A stretch of DNA of 64,000 nt from Macrostomum lignano (lineage: Eukaryota): the NCBI GenBank assembly GCA_002269645.1, contig NIVC01003696.1, positions 1 through 64,000 of the forward strand. The letters run 5' to 3'. The notes beneath the pieces were generated by a model. The model saw only the letters and a program-made list of their open reading frames with translations, was not told the origin of the DNA and did not search any database. The position numbers and the translations under genes were made by a program. Positions 15,743 to 45,830 of this stretch are shown in pieces. Positions within the stretch are counted from its first letter, which is position 1. The number at the start of each line of letters is the position of its first letter.

Positions 15743-17620
15743 AACGCGACGCCGGCCCCTGACTCTCGAAGCTACGAAGAAAATCAGGCCCAGCGCCAGC
15801 TCCAGCACCTCGCACAACGTCAGCACCGAGACGCCAAGGTAGAGTCCGAGAATTCCGCCGATGTCGCTGAGCAGATCGAAGGCCCCGTACGAAAGCGACT
15901 CCTCAGTGACGGTGCTCTTGCCCGACTGGTCGGCTGCGCCCAGCTTGATCGAGAGAAAGTTTTTTGTGCCGATACTCGCACCTCGATTGATTATCTGCGT
16001 GAGGATGTCGTAGATTCCGCGATTAACCTCACGTATAAACGTCTGGTTAAGAACGATCTCATTATTTCGGTAGTAGACGTTCGACTCGAGCCACTTCTGC
16101 AGATCTTCAGCTAGCAGGCTGGGGTTCATGCTTGGCCAGGTGTAGAGGCTTGTCTGAGTCGAATACTGAGATGTATGACATCGCTCTGTGCACAGGGCGG
16201 CGGCTTTGACTTGATAAGCTGTAACAGCGACGCGAAGACAGGTAAACTGGCTTATGATGTAGTAGAGGGTCCTCTGGATATCCATGCTGATACTTCCGCT
16301 GGCAGCAGCCGTAACCATCTGATAGAGAAAGCTAACACCAGAGGACACATTTAGAGTCTGTGTGGAGTTTTCATTCAGTGTAATGTATGCCTGGGTTATA
16401 TTGAGACATAAGGGTACTCCACCGGCCTTTAAACTGTTAGGCACTGGATAGTCGTCAGACAGACAGCCGCACTGCTTGTAGATCAAGTTCTGCAGCTCAT
16501 TGAAGAAGCAGTCTGTGTTCGTGTAGGAATATGCAACACTTTGGTCCGACCCAGAGGCTGTTCGCTGCCAGTAGTTTATGAAGTCCGCTGGATAAGAAGA
16601 GAGACACTCTCGCTTGGCGATGTTGACAAATTCGAATTCTTGGTAGTTGACGCTGACCGCAGCCTGGTTGCCATTGGGAATTTCAATCTTTTTTCCAGTT
16701 CCAGGATACGCACCAGGCTGGTGGATGTACAGATCAGCCCCGCCGTTGCTGTCCATGCGGAATAAGAAATCTGATGCAGTTTTCATTTGCGGAATCAAGT
16801 TATTTTCAAAGAAGTGACTTGAGTCTGTGTAGTAGTACAGTTGCAGTTGGTAAGAGTTGATTTCATTTTTCAATATATTGTTTTTTTTCTGAATGCTTGT
16901 AAGATTGAGTGTGATGCAGTACGGATTGTCGTGCATTTGTACAACGGAAAAGTCGGAGATGTCGCAGGCGTAGGGACCGAACCGACAGCGGATGAGCAGC
17001 TTCTCAGGGTGCAGACTGTACTGGGCGAAACTCCCGATGCCTTCACTGTCGCGAAACAGCAGCGGGCCCAGGTTGTCTTTGTTGTCTTCGTACTGCATTA
17101 GGTACGTTGATGAGGTGAGCGAAATACCTCCGCTTATATTATTAAGATACGATAGGCCAAAATTTTCTGTAAGACTTGACAATCTCTCGAGATTCATGAA
17201 AAACTTTGCTGCACTGTCTTTCCACTGCCAAACCTGATTGGCAACGCTGAATGGTGGCCCCGAACTCGAGTTGCTGTTGACCTTTTCAGCCATGGCGCTG
17301 ACGGAGAGGAACTTCTTGTTGCACACGGTGACTCCGGGATAGACAAAGTCGACGCCGCGAAGAGTGACCGAGGTGGACACCGGCTCTTCCATGTACTTAC
17401 TCACCATGGTGCTCATGTGGTAGGCGAGGCCGCTCACAGCGCCGATAATGAGCACCAGCCACAGAGCTTGGACATACCAGAGCGGCGAGATGAGCTTGCC
17501 AATTCCGTGAGCAGACGTATTGCCAGCGAATGCCATCAGAGTGTTTCGTATCCTACTTTGCTCTTCTCTATCTTTCTGATTGACATGCTGCTTTTGTTCG
17601 TCATCGACAGAAGTATTCAT
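15629..17620 (-). CDS. Intronless DEG/ENaC amiloride-sensitive channel subunit, 663 aa
   Basis: Single ORF with pre-TM1 HG motif (NTSAHGI), TM1, YPGVTVCN, Cys-rich thumb, and TM2 LLSDIGGILGLYLGVSVLTLCE with a GxS filter; poly-Q tail. Confidence 0.95.
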
Positions 17621-18255
17621 TTGTAGAGAAATGTTTAAGTAATATTTTCAAGCAAAGAATGCTTAAAGAATTTCCAAAAGTAATCGTAGCATCTTACTTC
17701 CATTTGATTTAAGTAACGCTAGAAGAACAAACTTCGACAAGCTGATTGGCTGCCTGACAACCAGCTGCCGATGATGGGGAGCTAATTAGTAAAATATTTT
17801 TGGTTACGAGCGTAAACGTAAGCACCGGTTCTCTTGCATTTAATGCAGAGAATAGCCAGGTACTAAATAGTTGATTTGTTAATTATTTCAGAATTTCATG
17901 TCTGACTAACAGAAGCAATTTCTAGCTGAATTTTCTTGCTGCACTAGCTAACTCCGTATTCTCAACGGCTACATGCACACCTGTACAGCGCAGCATGCAA
18001 CAGGGGGACGTAGAAACGGACAGGTGAATAGAGTTCCCAAGCTAGCCTGGCAGGATTGAGACAGTGACTGCGTTTTAGCTAATAATTAATGGCTAAAACT
18101 TGCGTAACCATGGCCACTGGTTTTTCGTGACTTAACTGGAAGAGCTTTTCCTATCGCAAAGAAGGCAGTCCATTGTTTTGGCTGATTCCCCAGAGCTGGC
18201 CCACGGTGTATTGAGCATGATGTGAAGGAAACTCATTTCTGGCTTATGTTAGACC

Positions 18256-19254
18256 GGGAGTACGACGGTTGCTTGCGGGAAGTTTGCTTGCCGAACTTTG
18301 CTTGCAGAAATTTTGCTTGCCGAAGTTTGCTTGCAGGAATTTTGCTTGTCGAAGTTTGCTTGCAGGAATTTTGCTTGCCGAACTTTGCTTGCAGGAATTT
18401 TGCTTGTCGAAGTTTGCTTTCCGAACTTTGCTTGCCGAACTTTGCTTGCCGAACTTTGCTTGCCGAAGTTTGCTTGCAGGAATTTTGCTTGTCGAAGTTT
18501 GCTTGCAGGAATTTTGCTTGCCGAACTTTGCTTGCAGGAATTTTGCTTGTCGAAGTTTGCTTGCAGGAATTTTGCTTGCCGAACTTTGCTTGCAGGAATT
18601 TTGCTTGTCGAAGTTTGCTTTCCGAACTTTGCTTGCCGAACTTTTCTTGCCGAACTTTGCTTGCCGAACTTTGCTTGCCGAAGTTTGCTTGCATGAAATT
18701 TGCCTGCCGAACTTTGGGTATCCGAGCGTATCCTTACGAGTCATGATATGAAGCAATTCACACATTGGTGGCACATTCATTTGCAAAAAATCTATTCTGT
18801 ACAGTTCGCTGCCTAAATCATTCAATATGTGTATTGTTTGAAATTGTGTGCAATTTTTTGTTGAAAATATATTCCCAGTAAAAAAACTAATTTATTCCAT
18901 TTCTGCGTTAGGGCTTTTCAAACCCGCCATATCCTCATACAAAATCATAACACTATAGGCGACTTCCACGAATCTTAGAAAATGAAAATTAGAAATACAC
19001 AAGATCTCAAAAATAGGTTCTTTAAGGTTCCGCGAGAAAACTTTGGCTGGCAAACTTCGGCAAGCAAACTTCTCGCAAGCAAAGTTCGGCAAGCAAAGTT
19101 CCTGAAAGCAAACTTCGGCAAGCTTATGTGCAGCAAGCAAATTTCCTGCAAGCAAAGCTCGGCAAGCAAACTTCGGCAGGCGAAATTCCTGCAAGCAAAT
19201 TTCCGCAAGCAAAAGTGCCGCAAGCAAACTTCCGCAAGCAAATTTCATAGACCC
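18256..19254. mobile_element. Foldback-type non-autonomous DNA transposon with internally repetitive inverted arms
   Basis: 8-bp direct repeat GTTAGACC at 18248-18255 and 19255-19262; GGG...CCC termini; left arm (tttgcttgccgaac-type units, ~18270-18715) is inverted relative to right arm (~19030-19245). Confidence 0.75.
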
Positions 19255-21442
19255 GTTAGACCCGCACAATCTTCTGGAAGGCTCAATGAATCTGCCAAGA
19301 CAACTGCTACAGATGAGGCGATGCGCAAGCACCCATGCCAGAAAACTAGGATGGCCGTGGAAATTGTTGCTAGCGCTCACTTGTTCTCCTCCAAGGTATA
19401 ATGCTCAATTATGCAAATTGAAGAGGCTTAGGTTTCTATAAAAACTGGAGCTGAGACGTTCTAAGTACTGCAGCCGGCTTTTGGTTTGAGTTGTGGGGAC
19501 TCTACCAGGTGGACAGGTGGAGTGAGTACTTCGCACTTTGAGAGTGGGCCCGCGCCACTTCAGTTGAAACCGTTGGAAAGTCTCATTAGCTTGCATTGAA
19601 GCTGCTCATATGCCTGTTATAGCATTTGAAAAAAGGCAGTTGTAAAATTGTGGTTGTTCTCAAGTTAAAGCAAGCCATCATTCAGTCTTCTCAGCTTCCT
19701 TCAAACCATATCGTACGATCGCACGCACTCACACCAGGTGTGGCTTGTACTTTCAAATCTTCCCAATTTGGCTTTCAAACCGGGTCATAACGTTGAAGTC
19801 TGAATGACATGCCGGTAATGCCGAGACATCCCACCCGGAGTTTCTGAGAAAACTTACGAACCAGCTACGACCAGCTCGTATGGTCAAAAGTGCAAATTTT
19901 AGACAAAGACGCCCCCCAGATACTAGAATAACTAGATGGGCAACTCCGGCATAAATACTTAGCAAAACAGCTTTCTACTTTCGGTTCAGTAGCCATGAAG
20001 AATAGATAGGCTATTTTATAAGAATAAAGGCAGCTGAGATCACTTTGATAAGTTCAGAAGCCCAACGCAAACAACTTGCTAATTGGTTCAACCATAATGT
20101 ACATTAGCCACTAAAATGTACCTGGCAGATTTAAGCTGGAACAACCGAGGAAGGTAATAAAAATTGGGTATCGGGGCAGGGGTAGAGGTTCTGTGTGGAG
20201 TTTGAGGGTTTAAGCTTGGCGGGAAGAGTCCATAAATAAGCCTTGCCTTTAAAAATACATTAAAATGCTTCAATTTAAGTTGCTACTGAACTGAAAGTAG
20301 CTTGCACGCAAATGTGCTGATTGGCCTATCTAGTTAATCTAATAGCATCTGTTATACTAGTATATGTGAGTGGCACCACGGTGAATGAATATTCGGCATT
20401 TAGCGAATTCAATTAAGCCAAAACTGCAGCTTACAGATTATATTATTTCTATAAAACACAAAAAGCAGTTTTTGTAATAACCAAAAACAGTAATAGCATA
20501 TCGAAATGTATATTTGGATTGCACACGAAGCTACAGAGAGGCGAGTTGGTAACAAAGTAATGCAATAGTAATTATAGCTAATATAAAGCAACGCTAATAT
20601 CAGATTCGATGCTTTTTAGGCGCAATATTCGAGGAAAATGACAAACTAGAATGCAGTGACTAGAAAAAAGTGGCCTAACAAAAGCGTCTATTGTGAGTAG
20701 TATTTGCATAGATTATTATGCCGAATGTCTGTGCAACATGAGTTCATAATCAATTTCTAGCATTTGATTCATACTGAGATAATTACAGATAAAATTCAAA
20801 AACTGAGTAAAAGGCTCTACAAAATAAAATTCAGCGAATGCTTAAAGTGCAAAAATAACAAAAACTGTTTTAAAGTACAAAAAGTCAGTTTATAAAGAAA
20901 GTCGTCCTTCAGTGAGCGGTGAATGCATAAAACTTAAGCTGAAATTGTTAACACAGGTTAAGCAATGGCCAAACAGCCTTGATCTTTGATTTTGAGACGT
21001 GTGCAAGAAGGTCTCGTATGTTTATTTAACATTCCTACTTAACTGCAATGAGCTTCTAAACTATACTACTTCTATTGTTGAACGCGGCAGTAGTGTACAA
21101 CGGGTAGTGAATTAAAAATGGATGAAAATTAGAATAGTAAAAAATAACAGATGAAATGGGCCTTAGGAATTCTATTAGATTCGAACCTGTTAGGTAGTGT
21201 AACAACAGCTCTGCAAACAAATGCAAAAAATAACACTATACTAAATTATGCTGGAGGTAATGAAACAATTATTGCAGGAATTATCAGGAATCCTAATATA
21301 TTTTATTAATAATTAATTAAATACAGAGAGTACTAGTCTATAATTATAAAAGCATTTTACTAAATAATTATAAAATTGACAAGCATTAATATGGGTGAAG
21401 TAATTGTCATAAATATAGCACTGGAGTGTACCAATAGCTGTC

Positions 21443-38705
<17,263 letters not shown>

Positions 38706-41328
38706 GACGGACTGTCGGTTTTTCTAAGCTTGATTACTTTTTTAAACGATTTTGTCACTGCCTAGCCAAAGCCAAGGAGCAAAAATTCCACTGCTAGTGA
38801 CCTATTCTCTTGTTTGCCAGCATTGAGTGCATGGCAGCTTGCGTCTGCAAATTGAGGCCAAGTTTAGGCATTTTAATTGGTGAAAAAGGGTTTATTTATA
38901 TATGCATTTCACTATTTATTACAAACAAAAAAATCTAGAATGAAAATTATTCAGATTTTCAGTTGCCTTTAAAAGGATTAACCCATTGGCTTTCATGGTA
39001 AAAAAACTAATGCCATTTATCTCCAAGATTCTACAATAATAATTGACTTCTAAGTACCTTTTTAAAACAAAAAAATGTTAAGAGACTTTCTCTGATACTA
39101 TAATTTAGAAGTTTTAAATAATTAATTGTTATGTATTAAAATAATTTTCTTATACAAATTTTGTAAAACCTTTACAAAACCTTTGTAAAACCTTATTGTA
39201 TAACCACGAAAATATGACTAATTTTTTGTAAAATGAAATATTAGTAAAATGTTTGTTTCCTCAGCAATATATGCAAAACAAGTTGTTACAAATAAAAATA
39301 ATTGCATGTCTCAATAATTCAGGCTTGGTCATTATTCGTAAAAATGTGTTTCTTATGAAATGCCCTAACTTACTCAAATTGTTTGTTATAAAAAGCTGCA
39401 TTTGACAATAAAAATGCATAGCCTTTAAAAACTTGAAATTTTAGGTTCAAAATAAAAAAACTTATAATCAATCAGACATCCAAATTTAATAAAAGACATT
39501 TTTTACGACTCAGTTATTAAAAAATCTATGAATTCACAAAAAGTTGTCCATTAGCCTGTAATTTATAGGAGCACATACTTCTACCCAACTGGAACTTTAA
39601 AATTGCAACCTTCGCGAACTGAGGGAGCGAGACCAAGTACAACAATATTGAAGTTCTAAAAACCGAATGAAGTTCAAAACCGAAACATTTAGGTTTCAAT
39701 TGACAAGCCAGTCAATCAGTCAAGCCAGTCAAATTTAGGTTTCAATTGGGTTTAAGAAGCAGAATTACTTTCTTGACTTTTTAAAAATTATCGTGGTGGA
39801 ATATTTTAGTTATCGCAGTTTTTTGTTCCCGTTTAAATATAAGCATGTGTTTCTGATAAAACAAAAGATACTTTTTTGCAATAAAAGTAGCAGAGACTAT
39901 ACTAATTTTATAGTTTGATAGTGTAATTTTAAAGTATAATTAAACGTTACAATCTCTAGACTTCACTTTTTAAAGAAATTGGTATTAATAATAGTATAAG
40001 TTCAAAGTCAAACCTTTCTTAGATAACCTAATTATAGATAGATCTTTTCTACGACTTCAAAGCCTCATTATTAAAGCCTTAAAGGCTAATGCAAGAATGC
40101 CAGAAAAATACAATTTACTCTAATTACTCCTACTTACTTACTCTAATTACGATCTACGAGTCCAGACACATATATACTACACAAAAGTATTTGGTTTGAT
40201 GGATATGAAGTGGAAGTCCAAATCTATCAATTTAGATATTGGAAATTTTTATTTTTTAGCCTGTCATGGTTCTAGATAAAATAAAATTAAATATGATCCA
40301 TTATTACTTCCCAATGTCTAAATATATTTTTTCGGTTCTGGTTTGAGATTATAATTTGATTAAAGCTTTCTTTTTTGTTGTACACAACATATAGTTTCAC
40401 ATATTAAATGAAAAATTGAATACAAAATATATTCATTCGTTTCAATTTGATGATTTAAAACCCCTTGTGATCTTATTAATATCCTGATTAAGTTTTTTTT
40501 GCCAAAAATCCAGATTCTATATTTTTGCTATATTTCTTCATGGATTGAGTTAATGACTATGAGGTTCAATGTATAATAGATCTAGACATATGAACTACCA
40601 CTTTGATTTCATTTAAACTTTTTATTTTTCTATCCTAGTTCTTGACTTCTACCATTTATTCGATTCTAAAAGCTCTGAAATTTTATTTTTTATTCTCAAA
40701 TCTTTGAATTTAACTTTGTTTAAACTTATTATTTTGTTTATTCAATGCAAAAAATAGAAAATTAAAATAAAAAAATGGGCAAAATATATTTTTCTAGTTG
40801 GTACTTTCACTTTCTTGATATTATTGCATTTACTGTCACTATATTAATGATAATAATATTTATTTATTGTCTATATAGATAGTAAACAATATTAGGTAGA
40901 AGTATTTGTCATCTAGTCATTGTTTTACTAAATAGCACTAATAAAGTTTGCCCTATATTGTTTCTATTAGGAAGAAATAAAGCTAATTTATTTTGTATGT
41001 ATTAGCTATACTACCCATATTAATAAGCATTGTCATTTTCTATTTTGTCATTTAGAATGATATTTAAACAGTTTGTTATATAGTCCATATAAAATGATAA
41101 TATATAATATATAATATATATATTATATTTCTTTTGGCTATCATATACTATTTATATTCTTTCAAAATTTAGAATGCTGAGTATATGTTTTAAATTTTAA
41201 TTTAGACTTTTTCACAGTCTTATCTATTGCAATTGCAGAGTTTGTAACTGAAGAAAAATCTCAATTAATTAAAAGCAACCTCTCAAAATAAAAGTATAGT
41301 TTGAGGTTGTTGCCACTATAAAACAGCC

Positions 41329-43596
41329 ATGGAAGCTGACGAGCAGTTTGACTTCTTATTCAAAATTGTTCTTGTTGGCGATGCTGGCGTTGGAAAGTCC
41401 TGCGTTGTGCAGCGATTTAAATCGGGAAATTTTCTAGAAAAGCAGGGCAGCACAATTGGCGTGGACTTCACCATGAAGACTCTGCTGATGGATGGGTGCC
41501 GGATCAAGCTGCAAGTGTGGGACACAGCAGGGCAGGAGAGGTTCAGGACAATCACGCAGTCCTACTACAGATCTGCCAATGCTGTTATTCTGGCCTACGA
41601 TATTACTAAGAGGGTAAGTCACCAGCATCTGCTCTTATGAAGCCAACATTGTTAACTAGTTAGTTAGACATTGTTAATTAGTTAGTTAATGACATCAAGG
41701 AGACTGAAGCTGATAGATTGAGGTCAAGGGATCAGTGAGATTGAGGTCAAGGGATCAGTGAGATTGAGGTCAAGGGATCAGTGAGATTGAGGGCAAGGGA
41801 TCAGTGATTGAGGTCAAGGGATCATTGAGATTGAGGTCAATGGATCAGTGAGATTGAGGGCAAGGGATCAGTGATTGAGGTCAAGGGATCATTGAGATTG
41901 AGGTCAATGGATCAGTGAGATTGAGGCCAAGGGAGCAGTGAGATTGAGGTCAAGGGATCAGTGAGATTGAGTTCAAGGGATCAGTGAGATTGAGGGCAAG
42001 GGATCAGTGAGATTGAGGTCAAGGGATCAGTGAGATTGAGGTCAAGGGATCAGTGAGATTGAGGTCAAGGGATCATTGAGATTGAGGTCAAGGGATCATT
42101 GAGATTGAGGTCAAGGGATCATTGAGATTGAGGTCAAGGGATCATTGAGATTGAGGTCAAGGGATCATTGAGATTGAGGTCAAGGGATCATTGAGATTGA
42201 GGTCAAGGGATCATTGAGATTGAGGTCAAGGGATCATTGAGATTGAGGTCAAGGGATCAGTGAGATTGAGGTCAAGGGATCATTGAGATTGAGGTCAAGG
42301 GATCATTGAGATTGAGGTCAATGGATCAGTGAGATTGAGGTCAAGGGATCATTGAGATTGAGGTCAAGGGATCATTGAGATTGAGGTCAAGGGATCATTG
42401 AGATTGAGGGCAAGGGATCAGTGAGATTGAGGGCAAGGGATCAGTGATTGAGGTCAAGGGATCATTGAGATTGAGGTCAATGGATCAGTGAGATTGAGGT
42501 CAAGGGATCATTGAGATTGAGGTCAAGGGATCAGTGAGATTGAGGTCAAGGGATCAGTGAGATTGAGGTCAAGGGATCAGTGAGATTGAGGTCAAGGGAT
42601 CAGTGAGATTGAGGTCAAGGGATCAGTGAGATTGAGGTCAAGGGATCAGTGAGATTGAGGTCAAGGGATCAGTGAGATTGAGGTCAAGGGATCAGTGAGA
42701 TTGAGGTCAAGGGAGCAGTGAGACTGAGGTCAACTGAGCAGTGAGACTGAGGTCAACTGAGCAGTGAGACTGAGGTCAACTGAGCAGTGAGACTGAGGTC
42801 AACTGAGCAGTGAGACTGAGGTCAACTGAGCAGTGAGACTGAGGTCAACTGAGCAGTGAGACTGAGGTCAACTGAGCAGTGAGACTGAGGTCAACTGAGC
42901 AGTGAGACTGAGGTCAACTGAGCAGTGAGACTGAGGTCAACTGAGCAGTGAGACTGAGGTCAACTGAGCAGTGAGACTGAGGTCAACTGAGCAGTGAGAC
43001 TGAGGTCAACTGAGCAGTGAGACTGAGGTCAACTGAGCAGTGAGACTGAGGTCAACTGAGCAGTGAGACTGAGGTCAACTGAGCAGTGAGACTGAGGTCA
43101 ACTGAGCAGTGAGACTGAGGTCAACTGAGCAGTGAGACTGAGGTCAACTGAGCAGTGAGACTGAGGTCAACTGAGCAGTGAGACTGAGGGCAAAGTCACA
43201 GTGCAGAAACCTAAAAGCAATGGATTTGATAAAACAAGTACTCTAACTACCCAAACGACGCCGCAGGAGTCATTCGACTCGTTGCCCCGGTGGGTGGATG
43301 ACGTCGGTCGGTACGCGGGCACCGGCATCGTCCAGCTGCTTGTCGGCTGCAAGCAAGATTTGAAGCATCTGCGCGAGGTCCGCCAGGAGGAGGCTGCGGA
43401 GCTGGCCAACAGGCTTGGCATGCTGGCCAGCCTGGAGACGTCGGCCAAGGAGAACAGCAACATCGATCGGGTGTTCAACTCTCTGGCAGCTGAACTGAAG
43501 CGCAGACATGGCGGCGACACTCTTGGCGGCGGGCGGAGCGGCGACGCGGCAATCCGGTTGAATAGTCGGTCGCTGGGCGGCCGGGCCTGCTGCTGA
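41329..43596 (+). CDS. RAB43: Rab43/Rab19-family small GTPase, 204 aa; exons 41329-41613 and 43267-43596
   Basis: [59 protein letters not shown]-terminal CC; donor AGG|GTAAGT and acceptor cgcag| in phase 0. Confidence 0.92.
41716..43190. repeat. Bipartite 23-bp minisatellite filling the Rab intron (gagattgaggtcaagggatcagt, then gagactgaggtcaactgagcagt)
   Basis: Direct reading; switch at ~42700-42725. Confidence 0.96.
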
Positions 43597-43789
43597 GCTG
43601 CTTCTGGTCTGTGGAACTACCAGGTATTAACTTTTGAGACAGTTGGGGCGTGAACCAAAGCGGGGTTCGAACCAAGGACAGAATCTTGGCAACGTAAAAT
43701 CAGGGTTTGACAGAGTCGTTTAGGGCTTCATTTTAAGCGAGTGTGCCAATTTGAAATGTCAGGTGAGCTGATTTGAAGAGTCAGTTCGA

Positions 43790-44733
43790 GTCAATATGAA
43801 GTGTCAGGGGGAACTAAATTGAAGTTTCAGGGGGAACTAAATTGAAGTTTCAGGGGGTCAATATGAAGTGTCAGGGGGGCAATATGAAGTGTCAGTGGGG
43901 GGGGGGCAATATGAAGTGTCATGGGGGGCAATATGAATTGTCAGGTGGAGCCAATATGAAGTGTCAGGTGAGCAAATTTGAAGTGTCAGATTAAGCCAAT
44001 ATGAAGTGTCAGGAGGAGCCAATATGAAGTGTCAGGTGGAGCCAATATGAAGTGTCAGGGGGAGCCAATTTGAAGTGTCAGTTGGGAGCAATATGAAGTG
44101 TCAGGTGAGCCAATTTGAAGTATCAGATTAAGTCAATATGAAGTGTCAAGAGGAGCTAATGTTAAGTGTCAGAGGAGTCAATATGAAGTGTCAAGAGGAG
44201 CTAATGTTAAGTGCCAGGGGAGCCAATATGAAGTGTCAGGGGGAGCCAATATGAAGTGTCAGGTAGAGCCAATATGAAGTGTCAGGAGGAGCCAATATGA
44301 AGTGTCAGGGGGAGCCAATATGAAGTGTCAGGTTGGGGGCAATATGAAGTGTCAGGTGGAGCCAATATGAAGTGTCAGAGGGAGCCAATATGAAGTGTCA
44401 GGGGGAGCCAATATGAAGTGTCAGGTTGGGGGCAATATGAAGTGTCAGGTGGAGCCAATATGAAGTGTCAGAGGGAGCCAATATGAAGTGTCAGGGGGAG
44501 CCAATATGAAGTGTCAGGGGGAGCCAATATGAAGTGTCAGGGGGAGCCAATATGAAGTGTCAGGGGGAGCCAATATGAAGTGTCAGGGGGAGCCAATATG
44601 AAGTGTCAGAGGGAGCCAATATGAAGTGTCAGGGGGAGCCAATATGAAGTGTCAGGGGGAGCCAATATGAAGTGTCAGGGGGAGCCAATATGAAGTGTCA
44701 GGGGGAGCCAATATGAAGTGTCAGGTTGGGGGC
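43790..44733. repeat. 23-bp minisatellite (atatgaagtgtcagggggagcca)
   Basis: Direct reading. Confidence 0.95.
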
Positions 44734-45613
44734 ATAGAAACTGTCTATCAAGATGAAGCAGGGAGATTCTGTATTAATATTTCGGGTGTTTTGGGTGAAT
44801 TTGTGGTTTCTATTTGTTTTAAAGCTCACTTATCTGGAAAATTCCAAGTTTGCACAATTAGCAAAAGCAATTAAAATGCTTTCCCGTCGCTTTTGTATAT
44901 TGTTTACATTTTGCATTCTGTTAGCAATGTGGATTGCTCTACTGCCACTGAGTCTCCTACTTCATTTTCATTTTGTTAACAAGTCTCTGAACAAATTTTG
45001 TGTTGCACTGCAATAAACTATTTAACAAACTATTCATAAGCTCAGTTTTTCAATTTCCGCTTTCCTTAGCGTCACAATAATACAGAATCGTTTATTTTAT
45101 TTTTTGCTAATTTTTTGAACCAGCCCCATTTGCAGATTCTAGTCAGAAGCGCTTTCTGTCTGCAACAAAGCCTGCACAAGTTTTTCGAACCATTTGCACA
45201 TTAGGCTACTTGTTAGTAGCATAAATATATAAGTTTCCAATTCTTGACACACTGAACTTTTTTCGTTTCTTTTTTTGAAAAAGGAACAACTTTAAAAAGT
45301 ATATTAGTAAATTCCTGTAAACTGGAACTGCTCGGCACAGTAACTGGAGTTGCATTACCAATGTATTTTATTTTGCATGATTATTTAATTTAATTTGCTG
45401 ATCTTGTGTCTTCTTTTATCTGCCTGTCTGTTTAGTCTGCGGTCTATCGAGTTCCGGATGTTTCAAGTACAGTTGTTGCATAATTGTAATTAAATTTGGT
45501 TCAATTACTTGTTTAATAAAACAAATGTCAACTGTCCGCTCCTCTATCGTTGTTGTTTGTTGTATTCTTAAAAGAGTTGAAGTTCATCAAGCAGTCAGTT
45601 TTTTGTATACAAA

Positions 45614-45830
45614 GGGGTTGAAGCCTAGTGGCTAGAGCATCGGACTCACGACTTGAAGGTCGGGGGTTCGATTCCCGATCCCACTGGAACAATTTGTGTC
45701 CTTGAGCAAGACAACTCTGCATTGCTTCAGTTCACCCAGCTGTAAAATGGGTGCCAGTATTAGCTGGGGTAATTGAGGGTGTGTGTGGCGACCCTCCCAG
45801 TCATTGGACTGAACAGCCGTAGTGCGCAGC
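45614..45830 (+). mobile_element. CORE-type tRNA-derived SINE
   Basis: A box AGCCTAGTGG and B box GGTTCGATTCCC, followed by GTGTCCTTGAGCAAGACA...CTTCAGTTCACCCAGCTGTAAAATGGG, which resembles the CORE domain of MIR-like SINEs. Confidence 0.8.

Noticed and set aside
18222-19401. Cys/Leu- or Lys/Gln-rich ORFs over 18.2-19.4 kb
   Set aside because: Translations of the modular foldback arms
45614-45685. tRNA gene
   Set aside because: A and B boxes are present but the acceptor and anticodon stems do not pair, and a CORE-like body follows, so it is a SINE head. The same applies at 5343, 14018 and 34650-34720.
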